NCBI RefSeq assembly: GCF_006345805.1
Contig: NC_042997.1
Location: 164,486,001-164,550,000, forward strand
Direction: 5' to 3'
Length of the DNA stretch: 64,000 bases
Origin: Octopus sinensis
Lineage: Eukaryota
Shown here piece by piece: positions 14,736 to 28,123 of the stretch. Position numbers and translations under genes: made by a program. How positions within the stretch are numbered: position 1 is the first letter of the stretch; each line of letters opens with the position of its first letter. The notes beneath the pieces are model-generated. The model was not told where the DNA came from, made no database searches, and worked only from the letters and a program-made list of their open reading frames with translations.

Positions 14736-17700
14736 AAGATATACAATTAAAACTATCACAGGTGTGAATGCAACTGAATGAGAAAGAAGTACTCAATATA
14801 GAGTAGTAGAGTAGAATATGTATTCTTAGTTAAGTGCAAATTCTATTTACAGCAAGATAGTTACACCCATAACAAGGCAGGGCATTGATGCTGCCATGTC
14901 CACTGACAAAATGATACTACTGGTTTACAATTTAATGCAAATAACATAAATACATAAGCAAAAAAACCCTTAACAAGATTATGAAAAGGGGATAAATACA
15001 AGATATAAATAATAATCAATGAACACTAACAATAGCAGAGCTTAAGAGTTGAAATGCATTTGTAATTATACAGTAAAATTAATGAAATCAATGTTATGAA
15101 TTTGGAAAGTTGTGAAAATACTAAATATTATTGCTATTATGCTAAATTATCATATATCCAAATTTGGCCAAACGCATTTTTTTTTCAGCATCTATTTTTG
15201 CTTGCAATAGCTGGTTCTTTTGGTCAAAAGAATCGTATCTCCAGCTGCTTCAGATGCCAAGATATCAAAAATTGCCCAAGTACAGTACAATGGTTCTGCT
15301 ATGGAATGGTGAAACTATTTTTTCGTTTTCTGAAAAAGCAACGTTTTGGACTTACGATACTTTGCATAATAACAACAATATACGTAAAGATGTTTAAGGG
15401 AGCATATGAAGACATATTCTCAGAGAATCTATTTGTCTACAAGTAGTTTAGCTGTCAGGGAAATAAGGTAATCACAAATTTATAAAGAAGCTGAATAGCT
15501 AGGCTTATACTGAGTGTGAGAACAAGAGTCTTGCTTATGATAAGCATATACAACAGATGAGGGAGATGTATATTCATATCAACTCACACACTTATAACAT
15601 ATAAACACATTCTATTACCAGTAATTACAATTTACAAAATATATAAATATGGAATGTATGAGCAAGATGTCATCCAATGACCTCTTCAGAAGAGCAGTTA
15701 ACTCCAAATAAAAACTGATTTAGGCCATGACACCCATATATGTTAACACACACATAATGGATATAAAAATGATGATAGGTTTTATACATACATTCATACA
15801 AACCTATTTTAGTAAAAATAAGAGAGCTCTATATCTGTATATTTCACTCATATTCAAAAGAAACTATAATGGAAATTCCAAATGCACACTGAAACTGAAT
15901 TTTATTAAAATCTTGAACTCAATTTACTGTTGTACAATATTTGACAAAAGCAGAAATAACATATGGTATATAAATGAAGAGCATGTAAATGAAGTATTTA
16001 TAGAGATAACTGAAGTTGAATAGAAAAATATCAAATCACTAAGCAAATCAATGAAATCATGATCATGCAAAAGAAATAAGTGAAAATACACAGCGCAAAC
16101 TAATTACAAGTATCAATAATATTCCATTAGATAATTTCGTTGCTCACAAACTACAGCATGAATATTTTTTTTAATTCTTTCATTTTAAGAAATTTACTTG
16201 AACAGTTTTCAACATCTCAAAAGTTAAAAACACAATTTCTGATTACAAGTTAACTATAGGAATTTCCCAGGTTATTTGGACAATTTTTGGGTGGTTTGCT
16301 ACAATCTTCAATTTAGTTTACAGAATCTCATTCAGAATATTGCATCTGTTTAAACTGGTTTACTATGCTTATTTTCAGAGCAGAGATTCTCAAACTCTTT
16401 CTTCCAGTGTATCCCGTCATGCCCAGCAGAACTGGTGTAACTCATGTGAAGAATATAGTGTAAAACAGATTTTGATACCATAGAAGTCAATAGATATGCA
16501 TTATTTGTTAAATTTAAAAGTGTTCAAATCCCACTATATTCAACATTACTTTTCATTCTTTGACAGTAGATGGAATAAAGTATCACAAACACTAGACTAA
16601 ATACGACTGTCTCCTCCCACAGTATTTTTGTCCATAAGTATATAAAAAAAAAAACAAAAAAAAAAAAAACAATTTCATATAATGTTACAGGTTTAATTTA
16701 ATGGATATGCTTGTTCTTTGTCACGTGTAACTCAGTTCTAGGCAGTTTTAGACAAGCACACTCAAGTATAATTCTCTGTTGACAGACTTGCATGAAACTC
16801 ATTGAAAATCCTCATTCGCAATTATAAGTGGATTGGAACAGGAAATATTTTCTAGACACACATGTTGTATTTACTTTGTTGATTGCTTCAAAATTCCAGT
16901 GTTTTTTTTTAAACCTTGTGTACTCTAATTTCTTTTGCATATGGATGGGAGCAAGTATATTTGGTGTAAGAAGCCTTATTCTCTAGGGAGTAATTTGATT
17001 CTCATGTAGCAAGATGTTCAATCTCAGCAGTTTGTCTAAGCATATTGAATCCAAGCGCTATATAACCATTCCCTTGTACATTTTTTATAAAATAGGCCAA
17101 TTAATGTAACACCGTTATTGTAGTTCTAAATATCTATATAGACACTTTAGAAATTCATGTGCAAACATCCAAATTCTTAGTACCCATCAATGCTATTTTT
17201 GTACAGCAGAACAAAATTGCTACAATCAGTTGCTATTTTTTTCTACTATGCAAAAAGACTACTTTTGATAGTTGAAACAACTTCAGGATCTCAGTGACAA
17301 AACACAGGGGTGATTTTTAAGGAAAGATCTGAAGTTAGTCTGCAGGTTTACAAAGCAATTAATAATAATATAGCACTCCCACTGCTTGCACCATCAAGAA
17401 TGTATATTTACAGCTAGTTAGACAGAACCATAGAAAATTTGTCATGGACACAGTGCAAGTGTCATGTTACGTGCACTATTGTCCTTTCTGCCAGGTTTGA
17501 CACTATCTACAAGTATGATTTATGTTTAAATATAAATATCAGTAACAGCTGTAGAGAGAAGCAAATTCAAGGTAGTAAAGAGCAATATAAAAATACTTTC
17601 AAGAGATTTCAGTTACCCTATTTAAAATCAAGATTTTGGTCTGTTCATGTTAACATTGGCAATTTAAAAACTATTCACTAACAATAACAGAACAGCATAA

Positions 17701-18526
17701 AAAAAATGTTTTTTTAAAATCAAATGAAGTTTTAGTTTCAATTGTAGTTGTTTTGTATTGCATTGAAACCTAATATCATTTCAACTTGAAAACAGTCTTT
17801 TATTTTAATTTATTGTTTACTCAAAAATTATGTTCAGTAAAACTTAATCCTTTAAACATTTGAGCAGATGGACATATTTTCATTAATATAAATAACTTTC
17901 TCTGCAGAAAATCATTTTTTATTTTTAATCTCAAAAATTATGTATTTTGATTCTAAAATGTATTAAAATAATTTATTGTAAAACTCAAAAGTAATTTATT
18001 TGATAAGAGATGCATAGTGAAATCATTTTACATTACCAAGATAAAAATAATGAAAATAGTTTAAAGAATAACTGAATTGCATTATGTAACAAGATTAACT
18101 GCTAAAAATATTTTACAAAGATTTCAAGAAGGTAGATTTTATCAAAATTCTTTGTTTCCACTAAAACCACCATAAATCTATTTATACTTTATACTGCATT
18201 GAGTCATCAATTTCCTGCTAAATTTACTCATTGATTAAGAATATAGATGCCATTTGAAACCTAAGCAACACACAAATGATGCCAATGCAGATGAGAACAC
18301 TTGATTTCATATTCTAAGTAATCAATAATGAGACTAATTAACTTAATGACTAATTCTAATCAACACTATACATACACCAGAAGTAACTCCAGGATGCCTC
18401 TACATGGTTGCTCAACCTGCTACAATTAAAAACCAAATCTCAAAGTCACACTAGAAGAATACATTGGATCATATAATTCTTAGTGTCGCTATATATAAAC
18501 ACTTCTGGTGTTTCTATATAGATAGA

Positions 18527-18965
18527 TATAATTGATGAAGGAAACAGAAGATGGATCTGGCATCAGTATATTCAGTATGATGATTGATTTGACCCCTCCT
18601 GTGGCTGACCTTTATGGGTGGGATGTTGTGCATCCAATTGTGCTGCATCACTGATGTGCAGTCTGGGTCACATCAGATACATGCATACATAAAGTGGTGT
18701 CATGCTAAATATATTGAGTTTTTGCAGTCATGTTGATGTTTGGTTGCTGTACCAGTGAATGGGGATAGTGAGAACTCAATATATTTAGCAGGACATCACT
18801 TTATGTATTTATGTACCTGTTGTGACCCAGACTGCACTAAACAATGTAACAACTGGATGCACAACATCCCACCCATAAAAGACAGTTGCAGGAAGGGTTG
18901 AAACGATTGTTGTACTGAATAAAGACTAATGCCAAATCAGTCTTCCATTTCCTTCATCAATTATT
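18527..18965. repeat. Fold-back element: ~195-bp imperfect inverted arms (18527-18722 and 18771-18965) with a ~48-nt spacer
   Basis: The arms align by eye, e.g. tttatgggtgggatgttgtgcatcca / tggatgcacaacatcccacccataaaa and tgctaaatatattgagtt / aactcaatatatttagca. Probably a MITE-type relic. Confidence 0.85.
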
Positions 18966-20934
18966 ATTATCGCAAACTAACACTGGAATTCCTGAAGTAG
19001 ATCCAGCAGAAATATACCCCAACTGTGTATAATACTAGGTAGCCCAAACTGTGAATGTGTACTAATTGACATATACCCATTAGTCCAAAATATTACATAT
19101 CTACATAAACAAGTAGTTTCTTCAATAAAAAATAAAAAAATCACTCATTTCCACTTTTAAATCTAATTTTGTCCCATGCTTATCAAGAATAAGACAAAAT
19201 CCATTAGGTTGCCATTTCTCTTGTCAATGCTGAATACTCTACACCCTATTGTTAAAAGTGACTCGTAAAGTACAGGTATGCCTTAATAACACTTAGCATT
19301 TTACCAGCTTTAAAATGTATTTAAATATATTAATAGCATAAGAAATATAACTTTGATAGGTTTTGGCCAATATAGGCCCGTGCCACGTCTAACTTAATAG
19401 CACCACCTGGCATATAATGGTATATTTTATATCTTTATTATTTATGTCTGACACTGCTTTGCTTGTAGGGATGTTGATGATGAAGGTTGAAAATGAAAGT
19501 GGAAGCAGAACATCATAATGGTCTGAGGAACAAAAGCCAGGAATAACTTTAAAGGCTGTACGATCTATTGTGAGAACATTTGTTCTTATTGATCTTGCTA
19601 TATACATGTGCAAGTTTGAATGAGCTGGAAATCTGTGGAACCAACACACACATACACACCACATTTAGCTTTTAAATCTTCTGAGAAAGTTAGTTTTTCA
19701 CTGATTTATGCTAAAGTATGTGTGGTCCTGCTGTTGGGCTTACATTCACATACTCAGAATTTCTTTTTTACATATCTTTCATTATTGAGAATCATTCCCA
19801 AATAACTATCATAGATTGTATTAATACAGAAAGTTTTATGAACTCATAATGTGTGCTTTGTAAAAATTATTGCAACAATGGGCAGATTCATCAAATGAGG
19901 ACTTGTCAGATTTATGACTTTTATACTTTTTTTATCTCTTCAACTTTCCTTTATAATGTTCATCTTGTTTTTCAACATAACAGTACAACACTTCTTGCTA
20001 TATCATTATTACCACTGGCTCCACTCTTACACATCTAAGATATGTTCAGTGGGTAGAAAACCACAATTATGGATAACACCATGACATTACATAGAGACAA
20101 TTGTTTTGTTTTACAGAATGAGGTTGACTAATGCCATCAACTGTGCAGCAGTTGGAGTTCTGAACTGATGCAAGTGTTCAAAATATGAATTAACAGATAG
20201 GACCTGTTCAAATCTTTGACAATTCATAACTTTAATGTTCATAACTTGTCAACAATGGCACTTGTATAATAAAATATTTTAAGTTAAAAGATAAAGCTTA
20301 TATAAATATATAAGACAAAAAGAGATGAAGCATTAGGTAATATATAACAGTTCTGGTATGGAAATTATCTTCCATACTGGATAATTTGTTCTTTGTTTTA
20401 AGAATACTTCTTTGTTAAAATTTAAAAATCTAATTTAGTATCCATTCAATCTGTAGAAAGTTTAAAAAAAAAAATATATATATATATAATCTTCAGCCAC
20501 TACTAACCTAAATACCAAAAGGATCATCAATTTTGAAGTGGCATGTATCACTTGACTGGCAAACAAATTATATAACAGTAATGTTCCTTGTAATAAAAGA
20601 ATAAAAACAGAAGTTGGCAGGATAATGTAAACTCAAAAGCCCAGGGAAATGGCAGGAGAAAGAATCACTTGAGAGATTGGGTTACTAACAAACTTCTTCT
20701 GCACAATTATCAAAGCAATCAGCTTGAATTCAATAGCTGATAATTGACTGACTTCATAAAATATACTCACTGACAAAGAGTTTCAGATATTTGAAATGAA
20801 ACTAAACTATGTTTATAATTATAACAGGCAGGATTAGTTACAATAAAAATCCTAATACATTTTTAATCATCCTATATATAACGTATTTAAGAGATATTTA
20901 TCTTTATACATATATGTGTAGGTGTAACTGAGAC

Positions 20935-21180
20935 CTCTGGCAATTTGCTGTGCATGAGAAGACATGTCAAACTAAGTGAATCATGGTCATTACCAGTGTT
21001 GGTGACACAGAAAAAACCTCACAGTAGACTCTGTAAGGTGGTTAGCTTTATGGAAGAGCATCCAGCTGTAGAAACCAAGCCAAAACAAATGATTGGAGCC
21101 TGGTCCAGCTCTTTCATTTACCAGCTCAAGTTAAGCCATCTAACCCATGCCAGCAAGGAAAACGGACATTAAATGATAAC
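20935..21180 (+). mobile_element. RTE-family 3' end fragment
   Basis: gcatccagctgtagaaacc...ccatctaacccatgccagcaaggaaaacggacattaaatgat matches the tail of the 61650-62497 copy. Confidence 0.7.
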
Positions 21181-21244
21181 TATGCATACATACATATATA
21201 TACACACACACATATACATATATGTATACACATATACACACACA

Positions 21245-21607
21245 TACTCGTAGCACTCCGTCGGTTGCAACAGAAAGAGTTCCAGTTGATCAGATCAACG
21301 GAACAGCCTGCTCGTGAAATTAACGTGCAAGTGGCTGAGCACTCCACAGACATGTGTACTCTTAATGTAGTTCTCAGTGAGAGTCAGCATGACATGGGTA
21401 ACCCTTTGAAATACAGGTACAACAGAAACAGGAAGAAAAAGAGAGAAAGTTGAGGTGAAAAAGTACAGCAGGGATTGCCAATATACCCTACCGGAGCCAC
21501 ATGGAGCTTTAGGTGCTTTCGCTCAAACACAATGCCCATCTGTGATTTGAAACTGTGATCTTATGACCATGAATCCACTGCCCTAACCACAAGGCCATTG
21601 TGCCTTC
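21245..21607 (-). mobile_element. tRNA-derived SINE, type-B head with tail 1
   Basis: Minus strand reads gaaggcacaatggccttgtggttagggcagtgg...gagcgaaagcacctaaagctcc...; the head is shared with 41379-41660. Confidence 0.75.
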
Positions 21608-21609
21608 GC

Positions 21610-24360
21610 GCACACACATATACAGATATATATAGACACACATGCATACATATATACATACATACGCACATATATACATACATATACACACACACACACA
21701 CACAAATATATATATATATACACATCTATATACATATACACATCTATATACATATACACATATATATAAATATATATATATACATATATACACATATATA
21801 TACACATCTATATACATATACACATATATATAAATATATATATATACATATATACACATCTATATACATATACACATATATAATATATATATATACATAT
21901 ATACACATCTATATACATATACACATATATATAAATATATCATCATCACATATATATATACACATCTATATACATATACACACATATATACACATCTATA
22001 TACATATACACACATATATACACATCTATATACATATACACACATATATACACATCTATATACATATACAAACATATATATACACATCTATATACATATA
22101 CACACATATATATACACATCTATATACATATACAAACATATATATACACATCTATATACATATACACGCATATATATACACATCTATATACATATACACA
22201 CATATATATACACATCTATATACATATACACATCTATATACATATACACATATATATAAATATATATATATACATATATATACACATCTATATACATATA
22301 CACATCTATATACATATACACATCTATATACATATACACATATATATAAATATATATATATACATATATATACACATCTATATACATATACACATCTATA
22401 TACACATATATATACACATCTATATACATATACACATATATAAATATATATACATATATATACACATCTATATACATATACACACATAAATATATATATA
22501 TATACACATCTATATACATATACACATATACATACATATATATACATATACATACATATATATACATATACATACAAATATATACATATACATACAAATA
22601 TATACATATACATACAAATATATACATATACATACAAATATATACATATACATACAAATATATACATATACATACAAATATATACATATACATACAAATA
22701 TATACATATACATACAAATATATACATATACATACAAATATATACATATACATATAAATATATACATATACATACATACATATAAATATATACATATACA
22801 TACATACATATAAATATATACATATACATACATACATATAAATATATACATATACACACAAATATATACATATACACATATAAATATATACATATACACA
22901 TATAAATATATACATATACATACATATAAATATATACATATACATACATATAAATATATACATATACATACATATAAATATATACATATACATACATATA
23001 AATATATACATATACATACATATAAATATATACATATACATACATATAAATATATACATATACATACATATAAATATATACATATATATACATATACATA
23101 CATATATACATATACATACATATATACATATACATACATATATACATATACATACATATATACATATACATACATATATACATATACATACATATAAATA
23201 TATACATACATATAAATATATACATACATATAAATATATACATACATATAAATATATACATACATACAAATATATACATATACATACATACAAATACATA
23301 CATATAAATATATACATATACATACATATAAATATATACATATACATACATATAAATATATACATACATATAAATATATACATACATATAAATATATACA
23401 TACATATAAATATATACATACATATAAATATATACATACATATAAATATATACATACATATAAATATATACATACATATAAATATATACATACATATAAA
23501 TATATACATACATATAAATATATACATACATATAAATATACACATACATATAAATATACACATACATATAAATATATACATACATATAAATATACACATA
23601 CATATAAATATACACATACATATAAATATACACATACATATAAATATACACATACATATAAATATATACATACATATAAATATATACATACATATAAATA
23701 TATACATACACATACATATAAATATATACATACACATACATATAAATATATACATACACATACATAAATATATACATACACATACATAAATATATACATA
23801 CACATACATATAAATATATACATAAACATACATATAAATATATACATACACATACATATATACATACACATAAATATATACATACACATAAATATATACA
23901 TACATATAAATATATACATACACATACATATAAATATATACATACACATAAATATATACATATACATACATATAAATATATACATATACATACATATAAA
24001 TATATACATATAAATATATACATATACATACATATAAATATATACATACATATACATACATATAAATATATACATATACATACATATAAATATATACATA
24101 CATATACATACATATAAATATATACATACATACATATGCATTATATATATATATACATAAACACATATATATATATACATAAACACACATATATATATAC
24201 ACACACACACATATATATATACACCACACATATATATATAACACACACACATATATATATACACACACACACATATATATATACACACACACACATATAT
24301 ATATACACACACACATATATATATATACACACACACATATATATATATACACACACACAC

Positions 24361-24415
<55 letters not shown>

Positions 24416-24440
24416 CACACACACACACACATATATACAC
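21610..24440. repeat. ~2.8-kb compound TA/CA satellite with blocks of higher-order units
   Basis: Directly visible, e.g. a (catacaaatatatacatata) 20-mer block near 22570-22750 and a (catataaatatatacata)-type block near 23190-23700. Confidence 0.95.
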
Positions 24441-24700
24441 ATCATCATCGTTTAACGTCCACTTTCCATGCTAGCGTGGGTTGGAGGATTTGAGTGAGGA
24501 CTGGCAAACCAAATGGCTGCACCAGGCTCCAATCTGATCTGGCAGTGTTTCTATAGCTGGATGCCCTTCCGAAGAGAGTAGTGGGTGCTTTTACGTGCCA
24601 CCGGCATGAAGGCCAGTCAGGCGGTACTGGCAACGGCCACGCTCAAATGGTGTTTTATACATGCCACCTGCACGGGGGCCAGTCCAGCAACACTAGGAAA
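24441..24700 (-). mobile_element. RTE-family 3' end fragment
   Basis: catcatcatcgtttaacgtccactttccatgctagcgtgggttgg... matches the 3' end of the 2105-3055 copy. Confidence 0.8.
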
Positions 24701-24719
24701 CGACTTTGCTTGAATATTT

Positions 24720-25016
24720 TTCATATACATATATATACACACACACACATATATATATATATATAAATATACATACGCATATATATACACACACACACAC
24801 ATACATGCATATATGCACACACACACATATACATATACACACATATGTACACATGTGTATATATATATACATACACATATATCTTCATATACATATATCA
24901 CATATATACATACATATATATATGCATATATGTACACATACATATATTTACACACACACACACATGTAATGAAATTTAAAATGAAAGAGATTTTATTCAA
25001 AATTTTAAAATATATT

Positions 25017-25049
<33 letters not shown>

Positions 25050-25080
25050 TATATACATACACACGTGTGTGTGTGTGCTT
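24720..25080. repeat. TA/CA microsatellite cluster
   Basis: Directly visible. Confidence 0.9.
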
Positions 25081-27965
25081 GAGTGAGAGAGTGAGAACCA
25101 AACTCGAAATCCTTTTTCAAATTGTCAACAATCACTTCTCTCTTGCAATGTAACTGAAACTTCCTCCACACAGAAAGAACATCTCTCGGCTCTCTCTCAT
25201 TAACGGCAATGGGTGCACCACATCTGCTTTATGGCTGACTCTAAACAATGTACAGAGAATCCCTATGAAACTGTACAACCAAACCATGTGTGTGTGCCCA
25301 TGCATGTTATAATAGAGAGACAAGAATGCAAATAGGTGTGCAGACATATAACATACTGCCCTACCCATCTCTTTAACATAGACAGTGCTAAAGGAGTAGG
25401 TGGGTGGGCAGAAGATAAAGAGAAAGATGGAAAGAGATGACTGCATGTGATATAGTGACAAAAGATTCAAAGAGAGATCAAGATATACTATCTATGTTTC
25501 TATCTCTCCCTTCCTGTTATCACCCACTTCTCTCTCTCTCTCTCACTCATGTATATATATGAATTCCTAGAACATTATGAATACATATACATTTATAAAG
25601 TTACAGTATTTAAGTATAATTTACTATGAGGTTTTTAAAAGAAAAAAAAACAAACATCCTGTTTACTTTATTGCAATAGCTATGATTTCATTAGTTAGTT
25701 TTAAATTCATCTGCAAGCTATTTAATGCACAAAAGAAAAATACAAATAATTTAACGAAACTGATTAAAAACCTTAATTATCTCTGATTAAAAATACAGAT
25801 TTCTTAATGAAATGTTTCTATAAAAGAAGCAGAAAAGTAGGAAAGAGAAATAGGAGTAAGAGAGGATGAGAAAGAGATGAGGCAAACAGAAAAGCAAGTC
25901 AACAAGACAGACCGGAACTATACAAACAGTTAACGTCAATATAAACATCCAGACGATTTGGGATAAGCAGAATATGTCAGGCTGACAATCTGAATACCAA
26001 CAACAATATTACATAACTTTAAGTGAGGTGAGAAAAAAATAATAATTTACATTACATGATACACTAAGATAAGCTGCTTCAAGTTATGTCCAAGTACATC
26101 AAATCAATATCATTCTCTTTTTTTTTTCTTTATATATATATATATATATTTATATCTATTTTACTGTGGGTAGGGGTTAGACCGGCTTTCAAGCAACCTA
26201 CCACATAAGTCATCAAGCCCATGAAAGCACTAAGATCTGAACTGGCCCTGTTAACACACATGGCGTTTCTAATTACATTGCTACTTGCATAAAAACACTT
26301 TATATAACAAATATCAATTCACTCAGCACACTAGAGAAAAACGAGTTAACATTTAAAAAAGCAGAGAACAGCAACAGCACAAAATTTACAGAACAAAGCT
26401 CTTAACACTAATACTTCATAGTCAAATAGTTTAATATTGATATAAAATTTATTAATTATGACTTAACAAGTATTTGATTACATTTGTAATTTTAAGAGAA
26501 GAGGAAAATTTGAAAATCTTATAAGATGGTAAAAACAAAAAAAAAAAAAGAAAATTTGAAAATCTTATAGGATAGGAGGAGCCAAATAACTTTAAAATCA
26601 GTGTGTGTTATATGCTGAAGTTGTGTGTCAAGACAACTGCTTACAACTTAAAATTGTGCTGCACACATAACTGTCCATGCATTCTTTTGAAAACAGTATT
26701 AAGGGTGACTAGAATATTAAAGCAATTGTAGACAACCAAGGAATGCTTTACCATACTATATAGCATGTCTTTTGTATAATTATTTCATGACTGTATTTCC
26801 AATGAGATGGACTACATTTGTGATTCAATTACTTTTAAAATAATCTGGAATTTGGTTTGAAAGAATTTAGTAAAATTATTTTATCGTTGAGACAGTATTT
26901 AGAACATAAAAAGTTCTGGTTTGACTACTATTTAAAAAAAAAAAAAACTCTAGGAGAGGTAACTTTCTATCAGAGATATGTGTGTGTTGATATGAGACAA
27001 CATTCAGAAAGGAAATGGTTTAACTATACAAAAATACCCCTTAAGTACATTAAGCTTATTTTCCAAAACTCTCATAATCCATAAAGTAATTTAAAGCTTA
27101 ATTCAGAAAAGTTATCCAAAAGATATTTTTGAAGTATTGGGGCACTGGTTTAAACATTTGCTAAACTACATCCATCAATTTTTAATGAAATTTTTCATAA
27201 CTTTCATCAAAAATATAAGTTTTAAGAAATAAAAACTCACAGACTAGTGTAATGAATTAGCTAGAAAACACATACTCTAAATGTAAAACCAAAATAAACA
27301 TATGAATAAACATTAAACTAACTGAAGAATACTACCTATTTCAGCCAGAATAACAATCATATGTTTCTAAACATCACAATAGAAAAAGGAAAGCTCACAC
27401 AAATCTCACAAACAAATAGTTTTTCCTTTTAACATGAATTGCAGAATTTTTAATCTAAAAAGTTTTATTTCCTTTGTACAAATTTTAATAAAAATAAAGT
27501 AAATAGATAATTAGTAAAGAGATGTAGTGTTATGTGTCATTAATGGTGAAGATTTTAGCAAGATGTAGGTCAGTGTTCTAGTTATAGAATATGAGTGTCA
27601 CCAGACTAGCATGGGAGCAGCACAAGGAAAGGCAGCAGGAAACAACTTAATGAAGCATGTTTTTAATATACATATTTCACAAAGTTATTTCATAATGAAA
27701 ATGGTTCAGTACCAACACAACACTTTAAAACATGTAACAGTAATTGTTACTTTTTAGTTTTCAGAATTAGTGTTAATATATATAATAAAATTTAATAATT
27801 ACCAAAATTTACTCCTGAAACGAAAATGTACAAATTAAGCTTAAAATTTTAATGTATGGTAAGAGTTTCTATTCACCCAAGTGTTGTGTCAATACAAATA
27901 CAAATGCCAGCACTAGTTCTACCATCACACCATTGAGCTGTGCAGATGAAAAATTGCAAACTCAC

Positions 27966-28123
27966 CTTCTCGTTTCATTCCCATAGCCAAACATTTCATA
28001 TAACGACAATACTGACATCGATTTCTTTGCCGTTTGTCAATGATACAGTTTCTGTCATCACGGCAAGCATAAGTAAGGTCTTTCCGCACAGTTCTCTTGA
28101 AGAACCCTTTACAGCCTTCACAA
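27966..28123 (-). CDS. RXR: RXR coding exon: P-box, D-box and zinc finger 2 to the start of the T-box (158 nt, phase 2 in, phase 1 out)
   Basis: Not in the ORF track in this frame. Read by hand: ctctctaatag|T TGT GAA GGC TGT AAA GGG... = [53 protein letters not shown]|gtgagt. The phase matches the upstream exon (AG|T = Ser), across a 13,875-nt intron. Confidence 0.97.

Noticed and set aside
21509-25171. Many Y/I/C/V/M/H/T-rich ORFs
   Set aside because: Translations of TA/CA satellites.
26200-26265. Possible T-box cassette exon (aacag|ggccag...atgtg|gtaggt)
   Set aside because: 46 nt, not a multiple of 3, with an in-frame TGA; weak splice sites.
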